Assembly: GCA_003971905.1 (NCBI GenBank)
Contig: RSEE01000102.1
Location: 62,001-126,000, forward strand
Origin: Moniliella sp. 'wahieum'
Taxonomy: Eukaryota
DNA length: 64,000 nt
Direction of reading: 5' to 3'
Shown here: one piece after another, positions 1 to 13,900 of the stretch
Layout: each line of letters starts with the position of its first letter
How positions within the stretch are numbered: position 1 is the stretch's first letter
The notes under the pieces: model-generated
Told to the model about the DNA's origin: nothing
The model's database searches: none
What the model saw: only the letters and a program-made list of their open reading frames with translations
Translations under genes and position numbers: made by a program

Positions 1-209
1 AGCTGGTGGATAGATGTGGATGTTAGTCGTTGCAGGCCCGCCCTCGTCGAAGGCGGAGGATCAGAGAGCGGCGCCCACCGAGGGAAAGGCTCAAATCGTG
101 GCAAAGAGAGATGGGGTGGACATGTACGCCGCTGGTACCAACAAAAATGCCCATATCGCAGCTGTCTCACGTCCGGTTGGGACGCGGCCAGAGGTAAGCG
201 CTAAGCGTG

Positions 210-770
210 TACTGCTGGGGAGAGGCGACAGGTCTATGGTCTTTACTTGGTCATTCTGTAGCCGAACGGGACTGCAGCCTTGGGCCCTCGTCGGATCTGA
301 CACTGCACAGGTACCACTGGCCCTGTCAGTTCGTCATTCTATAGGCGAGCCTTACTGCCGCCTCTCGTGCCCTCGGCCTAATAGACAACTGGGCCCTGCC
401 TTCCCCACTTGGTGAGTACTAGTCATTCTTCATCCCAGCCGCGCTGCAGCCTTGTGCCCTCGAGCTGACAGTGATCAGGTGTCACTAGGTAGGCTTCTGT
501 CGCCGAACGGGACTGCAGTGTCGGGCCCTCAATCTGACAATGACCAGGTCCCACTGGCCGCTTAAGTAGGTATTCTATATAGGCGAGAGTTACGCTCACA
601 ATGCTCACTTAGTCAATGTACTTCCGAGCTGGTCTGCTCTCTGGCGCTTCGCACTGAGAGAGCCACTTGTGCGCACACTAGAGACACTGGCGCCCACGCT
701 TAGTTAGTGGATGTAGTATTGCAGAGCTGGCCTGCCCTGAGGTACCTCTCTCCGAGAGCATTTCCTCCAT
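210..770. repeat. Degenerate ~80-bp tandem repeat array
   Basis: Units start near GTCATTCT/GTCAATGTA (about 250, 333, 422, 570, 610) and continue with a GCCGAx-CxGGxCTG core. GCCGAACGGGACTGCAG is identical at ~261 and ~502, both followed by GGGCCCTC..ATCTGACA..CAGGT.CCACTGGCC..ATTCT..TATAGGCGAG. Confidence 0.65.
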
Positions 771-1116
771 GTCCGTTAACACAGTTTCGGCAGTCGTATA
801 CTTTTGATCTGTCGAAAGATCTCCCACGGATGCCCTGCTCTGATCGATTATCCATGATCCATGTGATCAATGCTAAGCGCTAAGCCGTAAGGCCTAAGCG
901 CTAACTGGCAACGACCGATGACCACCCCGCCCCACATTCAGTCCCCGTGTTGGGCCGAGACAGCGGTTGCGGTTGTGTGTGCGGGGGGGTGAGATACGGG
1001 TGAATCATCTTTCTGCCGCTCGCGTCCCCCGAACAAGCAATGCAACCGCAATGCACGGGCACTGGCGAACCGACGGCAGCGGATGGCTTGAAGCTTAATC
1101 GGACTGCATGAATGGG

Positions 1117-1260
1117 TTAGCCGGCCTGCCCTCTGGTGACTCCAACAGAGAGAGTCTCTTCATTGTGCTCACGCTTAGTTAGTCAATGTACAGCCGAGCC
1201 GGCCTGTCCTCTGATGCCTCCCTCAGAGAGAGGCCTGGACCTATCAGCTCACCCTTAGTT
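1117..1260. repeat. Two more copies of the ~80-bp repeat
   Basis: GCCGGCCTGCCCTCTGGTGACTCCAACAGAGAGAG..TTGTGCTCACGCTTAGTTAGTCAATGTA is followed by GCCGAGCCGGCCTGTCCTCTGATGCCTCCCTCAGAGAGAG; both resemble 604-680. Confidence 0.7.
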
Positions 1261-2002
1261 ATATACCTAACCCATTGCCTACCCCCGCCGCTTGGATCCC
1301 AAGAAGTTCGGCGGCAAGGGTGCCCGCGCTTGCCGGCAGAAGTCGTACCGCTATAAGCTTGAAGCAGTTTTGTCCGAAGAGCGAGTAGGGATTTGCCTCG
1401 CATTATGCAATCTCATTTGAATCACTGCTTCCTGAGGCTGTTGCTGGTTCATACCGTTGTGCATTGTGGTTTTTGGTGGACCTCTTTTGAAGTTTGCATC
1501 GTACTGTAGAACAATCCAAGCACAGAACAGTGTCTGATCTTGCCCTCCTTGTCAGGGACCGCAACACAGAAACGACTGTCATCGCTCCCTGACCCCAAAG
1601 TTTAGACCCCCCGATTACATGTGCTTCAGCTCAAAAACACACTGGGATGCGCATGCTGAGGTGGTACCTGGCCTGCTGTATATGATAGGATATCCAACGT
1701 CCAATCGTACTAGCATCGAGTGCCCATATTCGCACCCACTTTCCCAACTGTGAACCCTATGCCGTGTGCGAATCGGCCAATGTTTTTTTAGAACCGCTTA
1801 GTATCATCTCTATCGCAATCTAGCGATGAGGGCTGAGACGTATCAACCATCAATTGTGGAGGGGCTCAGGGCCTGACAGAACAAAAGCGCCGGCACTGCA
1901 GCAACATTGGTGCTGTATATTTCACGAAACGAAAAGGTACTAACGAAAGCGTAGTGGAACCGGAAAAGAGAGAAAAACAGCAGGCTCATGTGAACACTGT
2001 CC

Positions 2003-4743
2003 TTACATGTTAGACCTCATACCCAGGGCCTGGGCCTGGGCCCACGCAGTATCAACCCGCTCTTGAATGTTTAGAATCTCCTTGATGACATTCTTGCGTT
2101 TCAAACGGTTGTCGTAGTCCTCAACCGGAAGAATATCAAGTGAAAGGAGAGCTTGGTTAAGAGTTCGTTCAACTTGTGGTGAGACAAAACAATCTGGTGC
2201 AAGTTGAAGTAGCCATCCGTTTTCGCATTGGCTTCGACCAAGTTGAAGTCCGAATCAGGGACACCTGGATGCTGAGAGTAAAAAAGGGCGACTGATCCGG
2301 CCTCCTTAACGCTCCAGCTGCAGAACCTCGGGACCTATAGTTGTTCCGTGACAGCATGATTGGCCATGCTAGTCAATTCGTTCTGCCACACCTTCTTTGG
2401 TTTGGTCCGACTCGAGCGCTTTGCGAGCAGCGGCAGCCTTTTGCTGTGCTTTAGATAGATCAGTGGGCCGGCTGTGGAACTTGGCACGCTGAGCAAGTGA
2501 AGGGACTGAATGTTGTGCTGGTTGCAATAACGGCGCATCATCATGAGTGCCGGGGGAATCAGTCGGTCCAGGGGTTGCGCCATGGTGTCGCTCTACAGTC
2601 GGGACAATGTTGTGCCTGGCTTCTTGACACGGGACAGCATCACGAGGATCATGCTGCCGCACACCCGCGACGGGGTGTGCAGGGAGCCAGATGCCGCAGT
2701 CGTTGCCGAACAGAAGTGGTCTTTATGGTGTGAGGAGTGGCACTTTGGGCATCAGTCATTTTGCTCTTCCACGCGGCACTCTTTTGCTTCGCGTCGGTCA
2801 ATGGCCCGTGCCCATTTTTATGCACTTCCTCAATGCCTTCATCAGTAGAAGTATTAGGCAAGGGAGGCATGGAAGCCTGCGCATTGGCCAACGATACAGC
2901 AGCCGGTTGCTGCTCAGATCGAACCTTCGCAGAGGCAATGACACGCTTATTGAAAGGGCGTTGTTGCATTTCTGATGCCTCCGCATGACTCCAGTTTGTG
3001 AATGTCCCGATCGGCATTGCTCGGGGTAGTCGGTTTCTGTTGCACTTGTTCCTCATAGGGGGTCGAAAATTGTTTTGCCTTGCGATTGGTAGGAATGTTG
3101 CGCGGCACCACTTCATTCCTCCAGGAGAAGTGGCAAAGGTATCTGACGGGACCAACATTTTTTGTGACTCGCCCATAACCGGGACTTGCTCCTGTTGTTC
3201 ATGGAGAGTTGGCGCCATAGGCTGGGAAGCGGCGGGATGGAGTGCTTCGCCACTGGATGTAACTGCACCGCCGGTGATAGCTTGCTCCTGGATTGTACTG
3301 GAGCTCGGGGTAGCTCCGTTGACGGCCCTGGCCACAACAATTCCTTGATTTCAGACGTGATAGCTGCCCAACGAAGCTTCGTCGTCCACCATGGGTGTAT
3401 TCCCGGTCCACAGATCGAGGTTGCGAAGGTTGTTCAACATATAGGAGTAAATAACATCTTTGGTGTCCCGCACCGTTGTTGCTTCCCCATTTGGGGGTGT
3501 GATCCGTGGTACAGGGAATTGCCTGGGAGCGTTCAATAGGGCTGTTAGTTATATCAACTTGGTCTTGGTCATTTATGACATCCAAAGTATATGGGACATA
3601 CAGTACGACTTGAATATCGAAGGGGCCAGAGGGTTGTGTGGCTGGTGAATTGGGTTGTTGTTTGCTAGGAGTGGCTGCCATGATGTCATGCGTAGGCTGT
3701 TTCTGGGTGGATGAGATGGCTGCCGCGGCGCCCTCCGTAACCTTCTGCTTCGCCAGGGAAGCAGTTGCGGTGGGTACCTGTACAGGAGAACCCCCTCCCC
3801 TGCGAACACTGCCAATGTCGTCGTCGCGAACGTTGCCAGGGGTGACTGCCATGATGTCATCCGTAGGGGGTTGCCGGGACGATAAGATGGCTGCCGTGGC
3901 GCCCTCCGTAACCTTCTGCTTCGCCAGGGAAGCAGTTGCGGTGGGTACCTGTACAGGAGAACCCCCTCCCCTGCGAACACTGCCAATGTCGTCGTCGCGA
4001 ACGTTGCCAGGGGTGACTGCCATGATGTCATCCGTAGGGGGTTGCCGGGACGATAAGATGGCTGCCGTGGCGCCCTCCGTAGCCTTCTGCTTCGCCAGGG
4101 AAGCAGTTGCGGTGGGTACCTGTACAGGAGAACCCCCTCCCCTGCGAACACTGCCAATGTCGTCGTCGCGAACGTTGCCAGGGGTGACTGCCATGATGTC
4201 ATCCGTAGGGGGTTGCCGGGACGATAAGATGGCTGCCGTGGCGCCCTCCGTAACCTTCTGCTTCGCCAGGGAAGCAGTTGCGGTGGGTACCTGTACAGGA
4301 GAACCCCCTCCCCTGCGAACACTGCCAATGTCGTCGTCGCGAACGTTGCCAGGGGTGACTGCCATGATGTCATCCGTAGGGGGTTGCCGGGACGATAAGA
4401 TGGCTGCCGTGGCGCCCTCCGTAGCCTTCTGCTTCGCCAGGGAAGCAGTTGCGGTGGGTACCTGTACAGGAGAACCCCTTCCCCTGTGAACACTGCCAAT
4501 GTCGTCGTCGCGAGCGTTGGCAACCACGCCAATTTTTTTCTTTGCCAATGCTCCCATCTGCGTAGTAAGATCACTGGGAGATAGAGAGGTGTAAGCCAAG
4601 GGGGCGAAGCGGGTCGGGTGACTAGCGGGTGGGATGAAGAGCGGGGGGTTGGAGTGGTGGGTGTGACCGGTCGATTTGGTCCTGCTGAACAGAGGCTTAA
4701 ATACGCCTGTGTCTCGGCGATATATCATGGTATCACCATCCAC
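2003..4743 (-). CDS. BAG1-like Hsp70 co-chaperone: N-terminal 57-aa repeats, ubiquitin-like domain, long linker, C-terminal BAG domain (split by several indels)
   Basis: Hand translation of ~2280-2003 with one 1-nt indel near 2155 gives HHKLNELLTQALLSLDILPVEDYDNRLKRKNVIKEILNIQERVDTAWAQAQALGMRSNM*, matching the BAG pattern L.ELL.Q.LL.LD...R..RK..V..I....D. ORF 3351-3536 (TTVRDTKDVIYSYMLNNLRNLDLWTGNTPMVDDEASLGSYHV) resembles the UBL of fungal BAG proteins. Start codon uncertain. Confidence 0.75.
3670..4520. repeat. 171-bp (57-codon) coding tandem repeat, ~5 copies
   Basis: GGTGACTGCC recurs at 3841, 4012, 4183 and 4354 (period 171). Unit on the minus strand: RDDDIGSVRRGGGSPVQVPTATASLAKQK(A/V)TEGATAAILSSRQPPTDDIMAVTPGNV. 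Confidence 0.98.
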
Positions 4744-5016
4744 TTAGCCATCAGCACATGTATGGCTCAAGAGCGATGTTCACCTGCTAATACAAAACCT
4801 GGAAAGAACCAACAACTCCCCTGAGACAGCTGAGAACGGCGTAAGCAGAGCGTGATATATGAGGGGCGAGGGACATGAGATCTGAGACGGAGACAAAAAG
4901 CCAGGGTAACAGGAGTCGATATGGCCTTTGAAAAGCTTGAAACGCCTCACGTGTGGGCTGCGTAGAGAGGGATAATCGATAAGCGCTTAGGCGCTATGCA
5001 GCACTATAATGCAATT

Positions 5017-5075
5017 GCCGAGCCGGCCTGTCCTCTGGTGCCTCCCTCAGAGAGAGACACTTGTGCTCACGCTTA
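5017..5075. repeat. Solo copy of the ~80-bp repeat upstream of the BAG gene
   Basis: 5017-5056 matches 1193-1232 at 39/40 nt, and is followed by TTGTGCTCACGCTTA as at ~1163. Confidence 0.9.
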
Positions 5076-5929
5076 ACAGCAAGTCGAAACAGGCAAAGGG
5101 CCGGCGCAGCCGGCGCAAGGGTCGAATCACCTGAACCAGCGAGCGCCACCGATCCATTGGAGAGTGCAGGTGAACCCTAGCACTACCCTCTGACATGTAT
5201 CAGTTACGGCCTTGCTCTGGCGGGGTTAATACTGAGAAACTCTTGAGTGGTGAGTTGGGTGCGTGGTTGTGCCAGATCTTGCCATCTTCTCCCCATCTCC
5301 CATCTCCCATCGATCTTCTTTCCTCTCGCCTCTCCTCTCGCCTCTCTCTTCTCTCCTCCCTCCTCCCTCCTCATGATCTCTCTTCGCTCTCATCATAATC
5401 TTTCAAGGGTACCCCTCCTGTGTTCCCCCTTGCTCAAACCCTGATTCCGTCGCGGCTACTACCCCACTTTGGGCCCCTTGTCCTGCATTCGATATATCCC
5501 CCAAGATTAACCCATGAGCACTTACGCGTTACGAGGACTGAGTATTGAGTGATGAGTGGGGATTAGTAGGTAGTAGCGGTCAGCTTGTTCGTGTTTCCTG
5601 GAAGAAGGAACGGGGATTCGCCCTTGACCGGATGGGATCTTACCGTGTCCTGACAGGCAGATGGAGAAGAGCAGAGGGTGAGGGTGAGGCACTTGGGCCT
5701 TCGAGGTTGGCTACATTACTGGGCCGCACAGCGCCCCCTGTGGATCAGTATCAAGCCCCACTCAAGCCTGAAACCATACATGGACACCTACTCGCGCCGG
5801 CCATGGCAGGGCCGCTTGAATCCCACCCCATCCCATCCCATCCAATCCAATCCAGGTTTCAATCCAATCCAATTCGATGCAATTCGATGCAATGCAATGC
5901 AATGCGATCCGATCCAGCGTTGCTTTGGC

Positions 5930-7478
5930 TCAGACCTTGGCCGCGCCAGAGGGAGGCATTGTGCCAAACATGTTCCAACCCATGGGGCCTTCTTGCAGGC
6001 TCATGGTACTGTACAGCCGTTCCGTCGGCAACGTCGCGCCGACCGCGACGGGGATGGGCAAAAAGTGCTCGGCAGTAGGATGCGCACCACGGTACTTGGG
6101 CGAATGGGTAAGACGCACAATAGCTTGCCACCGTTCGTCCGTCACCTCCGACGCGGACCCACGTCGGACGCAGCTGAGGTAGGCCCGTTGGCAGCGGGGT
6201 CGGTAGCGTTGATCGAAATGGCCTGGACAATGTCCTTGGTGAAACGAAGAAGCTACGGTACCTTTTGCGGTCCCGACGCAGCTCCAAAGCGGAACGACAT
6301 CACATCATAACTCGCGTAGGTTGTGCACGCCCATGCCGCCAGCGAAGATGCCCACGCCCTGGGCGCGAAGCGAGCGCAGCGCCTGGCCCAAGCGCAACGA
6401 AGCAAGTGGATCGTCGCTGGCCGGAAGCGTGATTTGGATCAAGGGCAGCGTAGCTGGCAGGACACTTGGCGGACCAGCCTGACCCTCGGCTGGCAACGGA
6501 CGGTCCGTGGGATAAAATGCTACTTTGGCAGGAACGAATACGCCGTGGTCCAAGCCGCGCCGGGTGGGCTGCGCACGCACCAAGTCCTTGCTTCCCAACG
6601 TGGTGAATGATTTGTTCAGCTCGTCCAGTACCAGCTTGCTCAAGCTAGCGGGGTTGTGCGAATCGAGTTGGACTTTGTACTGCATCCGGGCGAGGCGGGG
6701 AGGCAATACGTTGGTTGGTTAGCATGCAGTCTCGGGATCGCATCGCGGACAGAGAGGGAAAAAGACGGCCAAAACAGCAATCGGGGCCACGCAGAGGTAG
6801 ACAGGGGAGAGGAGGGGAAAGGTACACATAGTGGGAAGGGAAGCCGTAGTAGTCGTACACAAGGGGATTCTTCTCGTCGGTATTGACTTGAATCGTACCA
6901 GGGGATTGGGATTGCCAATGGGCCGAGATGGCTAGGAGCGCTTTGAGGGGTCCCTTGCCATTGTCATGAGCAAGACGGATTTGCTTTCCAAAGTCCGACC
7001 AGGCCTTGTACGCCGGATGGCTGTACTCAAACATGGCTTCCCGTCACAAGCAGACAAGCAAACCATCACCCAACACAACACCACACAGCACAACATAAAC
7101 AAGTTAGCCATGGGGTCCGTTCGCACCACTGCTGGGCACCAGAGAAAGCGAAAGCCAAAAGAGAGAGGGGAAGCAGACCACGTAACGTACTCGGCGGGCC
7201 GCCGTGGGAGATAAACCACACGGGGGCGATGGGGCCAGTGGGGGTGGCCATGGGGGTGAAGGTAGAGATGGAGCGGGAGGGGGGCAGGACGGCGAGGACA
7301 GCCTGGAGGAGCTCAAGAGGCGAGGAAAGCGCGCAATGACGAGGGCCAGAATGGCAGCGAGGCAGGCAGTGGCAGCCCACAGCGCGGCACGCGAGAGAGA
7401 GGGGGTGGAGGTGGAGGAGGTGGTGGTGGTGGTGGTGGAGGAGGTGGTGGTGTGGTCTGGGCGTGGGCTGCCAGCCAT
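5930..7478 (-). CDS. Extradiol ring-cleavage dioxygenase, LigB/DODA (4,5-DOPA dioxygenase-like) family; two introns, indels
   Basis: Motifs PVWFISHGGP, ISAHW, LVYDYYGFP, RGLDHGVFVP, GGMGVHNLR and AHPTAEHFLP occur in order. Start is either 7251 (MATPTG) or 7478 with a hydrophobic N-terminal extension. Confidence 0.9.
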
Positions 7479-8117
7479 GGACAGGTGCGGTGGGGATGGG
7501 CGAGCCGGCGGCCACGGCTGGGAGTGGGCGTTTAAGTACGACCCGCCAAATTCCGAGCGAGATCGTCCGTCCGGCTGTCCGTTCCGGTCGGCGCGTCGGG
7601 TCGGACGTAAGGCACACGCATGTCACATGTCAATGTCACGTGTGATGCGCCCATCCCACATCACATGGCCGAGCCGTGGGGACGGTGCGAGGGCGCTATG
7701 GATGGGTGTGCTGTGATGGGGCCATGGGGCAGGTGGGTCAGGCGACATGGAGGCTACCGAGTACTTCTGTACTGAGGTAGTAGGATGCATACGCAGTATC
7801 TATACACTCACTACCAATGAAGCCAGAGCCAACAGCTGAGCCTCAGCAGAGTGGGCAGGCTGGTAGCCATCATTACGACTACTGTGGCAATCTGACTGCT
7901 CCTCTGGCCTAAACAACCCCACGCTCGAAGAGCCTACAAGTAGCCACGCCGCCAACCAACCAACGCTGGGCCAGGGCAGTAGGGCAGCGCAGCCAGTTGG
8001 TGGCATTAGCACGAGTTACTAGTTAGCTCCGAGTCCCAGCCGCGCACCGCGTGATCTGGTCCGAACCCATGCCATGCAATGATGCCATGCAATCCCACCC
8101 CACTCGCCTCGTTCAGT

Positions 8118-10001
<1,884 letters not shown>

Positions 10002-10072
10002 GCCGCGTCGCGTCGCGTGCTGGCGTTCGTTCTTGGCCGCGCGCCGCTCCGCTGGCTGCAGCCAAGCGCAAG

Positions 10073-10082
10073 ATCACGTGAT
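10073..10082. promoter_or_regulatory. Palindromic E-box ATCACGTGAT in the RBBP4/TIM50 divergent promoter
   Basis: Perfect 10-bp palindrome between two head-to-head genes; matches the Cbf1/USF-type RTCACGTG site. Confidence 0.55.
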
Positions 10083-10107
10083 GGGGTTGGGTCGGAATTG
10101 GGCGGGA

Positions 10108-11557
10108 ATGTTCCGAGGCGGATACAGGATGGCCGCAGCGGCTCGCCGGCTACCGCCGCCGCCGCCTAACCACCTGCCTCGATCCGACAGGCGACGCGGG
10201 GACAAGCGGGGCTGCTGCGGGCTGAGCACCGCCACTGCGCCGGATGCTGCCGCCTTCCACGCGCACCGCCGCTGCTGTGTGGCCCTGCGCCCGCCTGCTC
10301 CACACTTGCCCCGGCGTGCGCCCCATCCCCGTCCCCATCCCAACCGCCCCCCCCCGCTAGACCCCGGACGGCCCCCGTCGCGCTCGCTGTGCACCCGCAA
10401 AGCCCGCATCCCGCCCCCGCGCCTGCTTCCGCCGCGTCTACCCCGCCCCCTGCTTCGTCCCCCGCTCCAGGACGGCGGCGGCGGACGAGGGCAAGGTGCC
10501 GACCAAAGCGAGCTGCGGCACAGGGCGCGCGTGCGCTTTTTCCTCTGCTGTCCTCGGTGGGCATGCTGGGTATTTCGCGTATGGATTGGCCGTGCCGTAC
10601 GACGAGCAGGAGCCACGCGGTTGGTGCGGCGCGCCGTGCCTACGTGCAGAAGGAGTGGTGGTACGGTCGGCTGTACAACGCGCGCTGACCTGATGCGGGA
10701 GACGCACACGCGCCGCTGTGGGAGCAATTGCTTCCCGATCCGCTGCCGTGCCGTACGGTCGGCCGTACACCCTGGTTGTCGAGCTTGATGGCTTGCTCAC
10801 TGGAGCTGGTGGACACGCCAACACGGTTGGCGTACCGCCAAACGGCCTGGCGTCGAGTACTTTTTGCGCTACCTGAGCCAGTTTTATGAAATTGTCCTCT
10901 ACACCCACCCGCCTTCCTTGGCCGTTGCCCCGTCCTCGATGCCCTCGATCCCGACCGCCGCTTCGTGACCTACACATTGTTCAGGGAATCTTTCGCACAC
11001 TAGACGATGGACGGGTGGTCAACCTCCAAGCGCTCAACCGCGATCCTGCAAAGTCATCTTCCTCGATACCAATCCCGAGTCCATCTCGCACGTGGAGGAC
11101 ACCATGCCTTTTACTCCCCCCGTGGAAGGGGGAGCGAGAGGACCGGACTTGGTTGGGTACCTGCCCTTCTTGAGGCAGTAGCATCACACGTCCCTGACGT
11201 TTCGCCCCTTGCTCCAGGCGTACCACACGGCACCCACATCCCCACTGCCAATCTCGCTCGACCAGCATCGCCTACCAATCCTGGTGTAACGACACGAAGG
11301 AGAAGACACGGTGGCCGTGACCTTGCTACGCCCGTCGGCTCAAAGGACAACACGATCCTGTTCACTACGTGTACGATACCGAGCGCGCACGATACCCAGC
11401 CGCGTACGATGCCGACGCACAAGGCGACCGCCCAAACGGATTCCATCCGCCCCCACGCCACCGCTGTGCACTTCCTGCTGTAGGTGAGGGATCGTCCAAA
11501 CCGGCCGAACTGGCGCCAGAGGACCACCCTCACCAGGCTCCACCGGCCCCCGTGTAA
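10108..11557 (+). CDS. TIM50: Mitochondrial import inner membrane translocase Tim50 (NIF/FCP1-like domain), heavily frameshifted
   Basis: Stitched segments [58 protein letters not shown] and LPPWKG. Arg/Ala-rich presequence-like N-terminus. End approximate. Confidence 0.88.
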
Positions 11558-12000
11558 CCTAACCGTGGGACTGGCTTACTCGTCTGTCTAGTGGTTGGTA
11601 GCATGCAACCCCTGCACGTGGGAATCCCTCCTCATGGGGGCGAGCCGTTTGCTACGTTCGTCGGCCCACCCCGCTTTTCCTAGTGTCAAGTGGTCGTATT
11701 CAATTGACATGGGGTAAGGAGGGGTGGCAAGACGGGTATGGATACACTGGGCTGGCGAGGTTCGAAGCTCATATAAAAGGCCACCTGACAAGGTGGATAA
11801 AGAAAGACAAAGCACGAGCTTATTGCAATCAATGAGAGGACGGCAGCGACGCACTTACTTGCTCCCTGCCCTGCTCTTGCCTCTCTGCCATGGCCAGAGA
11901 TCCCTTGTCGGCGCGAGCTCCAATAGAAAGAACCAACACCGCTAGGTGCAGCACGCCCTCAACCGGAACCCGAGAAGACAACAAGCCCACGAAAAAGGAG

Positions 12001-12104
12001 TGCACTCGCCGGGATTCGAACCCGGGCAACAACTTGCTGTAGCTCCTCGTGATGGAACCCCGGTACATGGGAAAGTTGCATCTTAACCACTTGATCACGA
12101 GTGC
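12001..12104 (-). tRNA. tRNA-Gly(CCC) with a 32-nt intron (12067-12036)
   Basis: Acceptor stem GCACTCG/CGAGTGC, anticodon stem CAACT/AGTTG with loop TT-CCC-A|A, T-arm CCGGG-TTCGAAT-CCCGG; 72 nt after splicing. T5 Pol III terminator just downstream (~11992-11996). Confidence 0.93.
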
Positions 12105-12300
12105 TTATACGAAGAAACGACATTTTCGTAGCCAGCCTTGGTCGTCTGGATCTGGTTCAGAACACCAAGTGGGGGTGTTGAACGTTGAACGTTCAAGTTG
12201 AACGGTGACTGTGACGGGTGAGCGGTGCCACCGGTTCTTCCTGCCTTGCCGGCGACCTTTTTTTCCCTCGTGCGGCCGTCGCTGCGAAGACCAAGAGCGA

Positions 12301-13900
12301 TGATGCTGGGGCCGACGATGCGCATGCGCGTGGCCGGTCTGGCCGCGTCGACGGCATCGGCGTCGGCGTCGGCGTCGGTGTTGCACGTACCAGTGTCTGG
12401 CTCTGGGTTGTACCGCCACCGCCGTCCGCCGCGACCTGCGCTTGGTGGCGGTGGCGCGCGTGGCCTTTGCTGTTCGGCAGGAGATGGTCAGCGCATGCGG
12501 CTGAGCCGCCCGACCTGTACGCAGTGCTGGGCGTGGCGCGGGCCGCGTCGCCACGGCAGATCAAAGCGGCGTACTACGCCTTGGCCAAACGCTTCCATCC
12601 CGACTCGAACCCCACCGCCGCGGCGCAGGATCAGTTCATCGATATCCAGCTCGCGTACGAGGTACGTGTCCCCCCCCCCTCCTTTGCTTGGCTTGGCTTG
12701 GTGCGGTGCGGTGCGGTGCGGTGGGTGGTGGTGCGCTGTGCCGTTCCGCGCTGTGTAGCACATGTGTACTGACACACTCCTCCGCCTCGCGTCCCGGATG
12801 GGCAGACGTTGTCCGACACCGAGAAGCGTGCGGCGTACGATGGTGCGGCTCCGATGGCCGGGTGGGCCATGGGGCAGCGACGACGCCGACGCCGACGCAC
12901 GCCGACGCTGATGCTTGTGACGGCGAACGGAGCGGGTTTACCCAGGGCGGGTCGGATTCGATTTTTGGGCACTGTTCGGCACATTTGGGCCTCGATCTGG
13001 TTCTGGTTCTGGGTCTCGTTCTCAGTCGGGTCTGGTGCGCGGGGAGGACATTGAGACGAGCGTAACGCTGACGTTTGAAGAAGCGGCGATGGGCACGACG
13101 AAGCGAGTGGCGGTGACGCGGCTGTTGCGGTGCGAGCCGTGTGGGGGGTCCGGGGTGCGCAAGGGCGGCAAGAAGAGATCGTGTACCAAGTGCGGCGGAA
13201 CAGGAAGCCAAATGGCCGCGCTGCCTAGTGGTCGCCACTCGCTGCCACTTGTCGCCAGTGCCGTGGACGGGCGAGATGGTCCGGCCAGACGAAGAGTGTG
13301 AGAGATGCGCGGGATTGGGCACCGTGCACAAACGTGTTGTGGACCACGTCCATCTCGATCCCGGGGTGGAGGATGGGACACGGATACGGCTGGTTGGCCT
13401 TGGCCATGCTCCGCCTCACCACCCTGGTCCTGGTCCTGGAAGTGGTAGAAGTGGTGGTGGGAGCAGGTTCAGCGGCATCGAGGGCGACCTGCACGTGCGC
13501 GTGCATGTGCTGCCTTCCCGCACCTGGCGGCGCCAAGGAAGCCATCTGTTCTACACGGCCTTGCTGCCGTTTTACAAGGCTTTGCTAGGTGGGCATTAGC
13601 ATTCCCACGCTCGAGGGTATGGTGGACATACGCGTGCCCGCCTTGACAGAACAGGCGGACGAGTTGCTGGTCAAGGGCAAGGGTATGCCCATCACGGCCG
13701 GTTCGGCTGCTACGCCCCCCGAGCGCGGCGACTTGACCGTCCAGTTTCGCGTCCGATTGCCCACGTCCTTGTCGCCGCGCCAACGACAACTGTTGCAAGA
13801 GCTTGCGGACGATATGGAGAACACCCCGTATCTCCACACGAGGATCCCACCTCCCCTCTCCTTCTCCTCCCCTCCCCCTCTCCCTCTTACCCCGACCCTA
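12301..13900 (+). CDS. MDJ1: Type I DnaJ/Hsp40, mitochondrial Mdj1-like; intron after the J domain
   Basis: Presequence-like start; J domain DLYAVLGV..IKAAYYALAKRFHPD; RGEDIE; zinc fingers CEPCGGSG, CTKCGGTG, CERCAGLG; PGVEDGTRIR, GDLHVRVHV, ALLGG..IPTLEG, GDLTVQF..LSPRQRQLL. Confidence 0.88.

Noticed and set aside
210..1260. CRISPR-like repeat-spacer array
   Set aside because: Eukaryotic context, no cas genes, and the units are degenerate along their whole length rather than constant repeats with unique spacers.
3573..4574. Alternative-frame and antisense ORFs over the 171-bp repeat
   Set aside because: They stay open only because a stop-free unit with length divisible by three is repeated.
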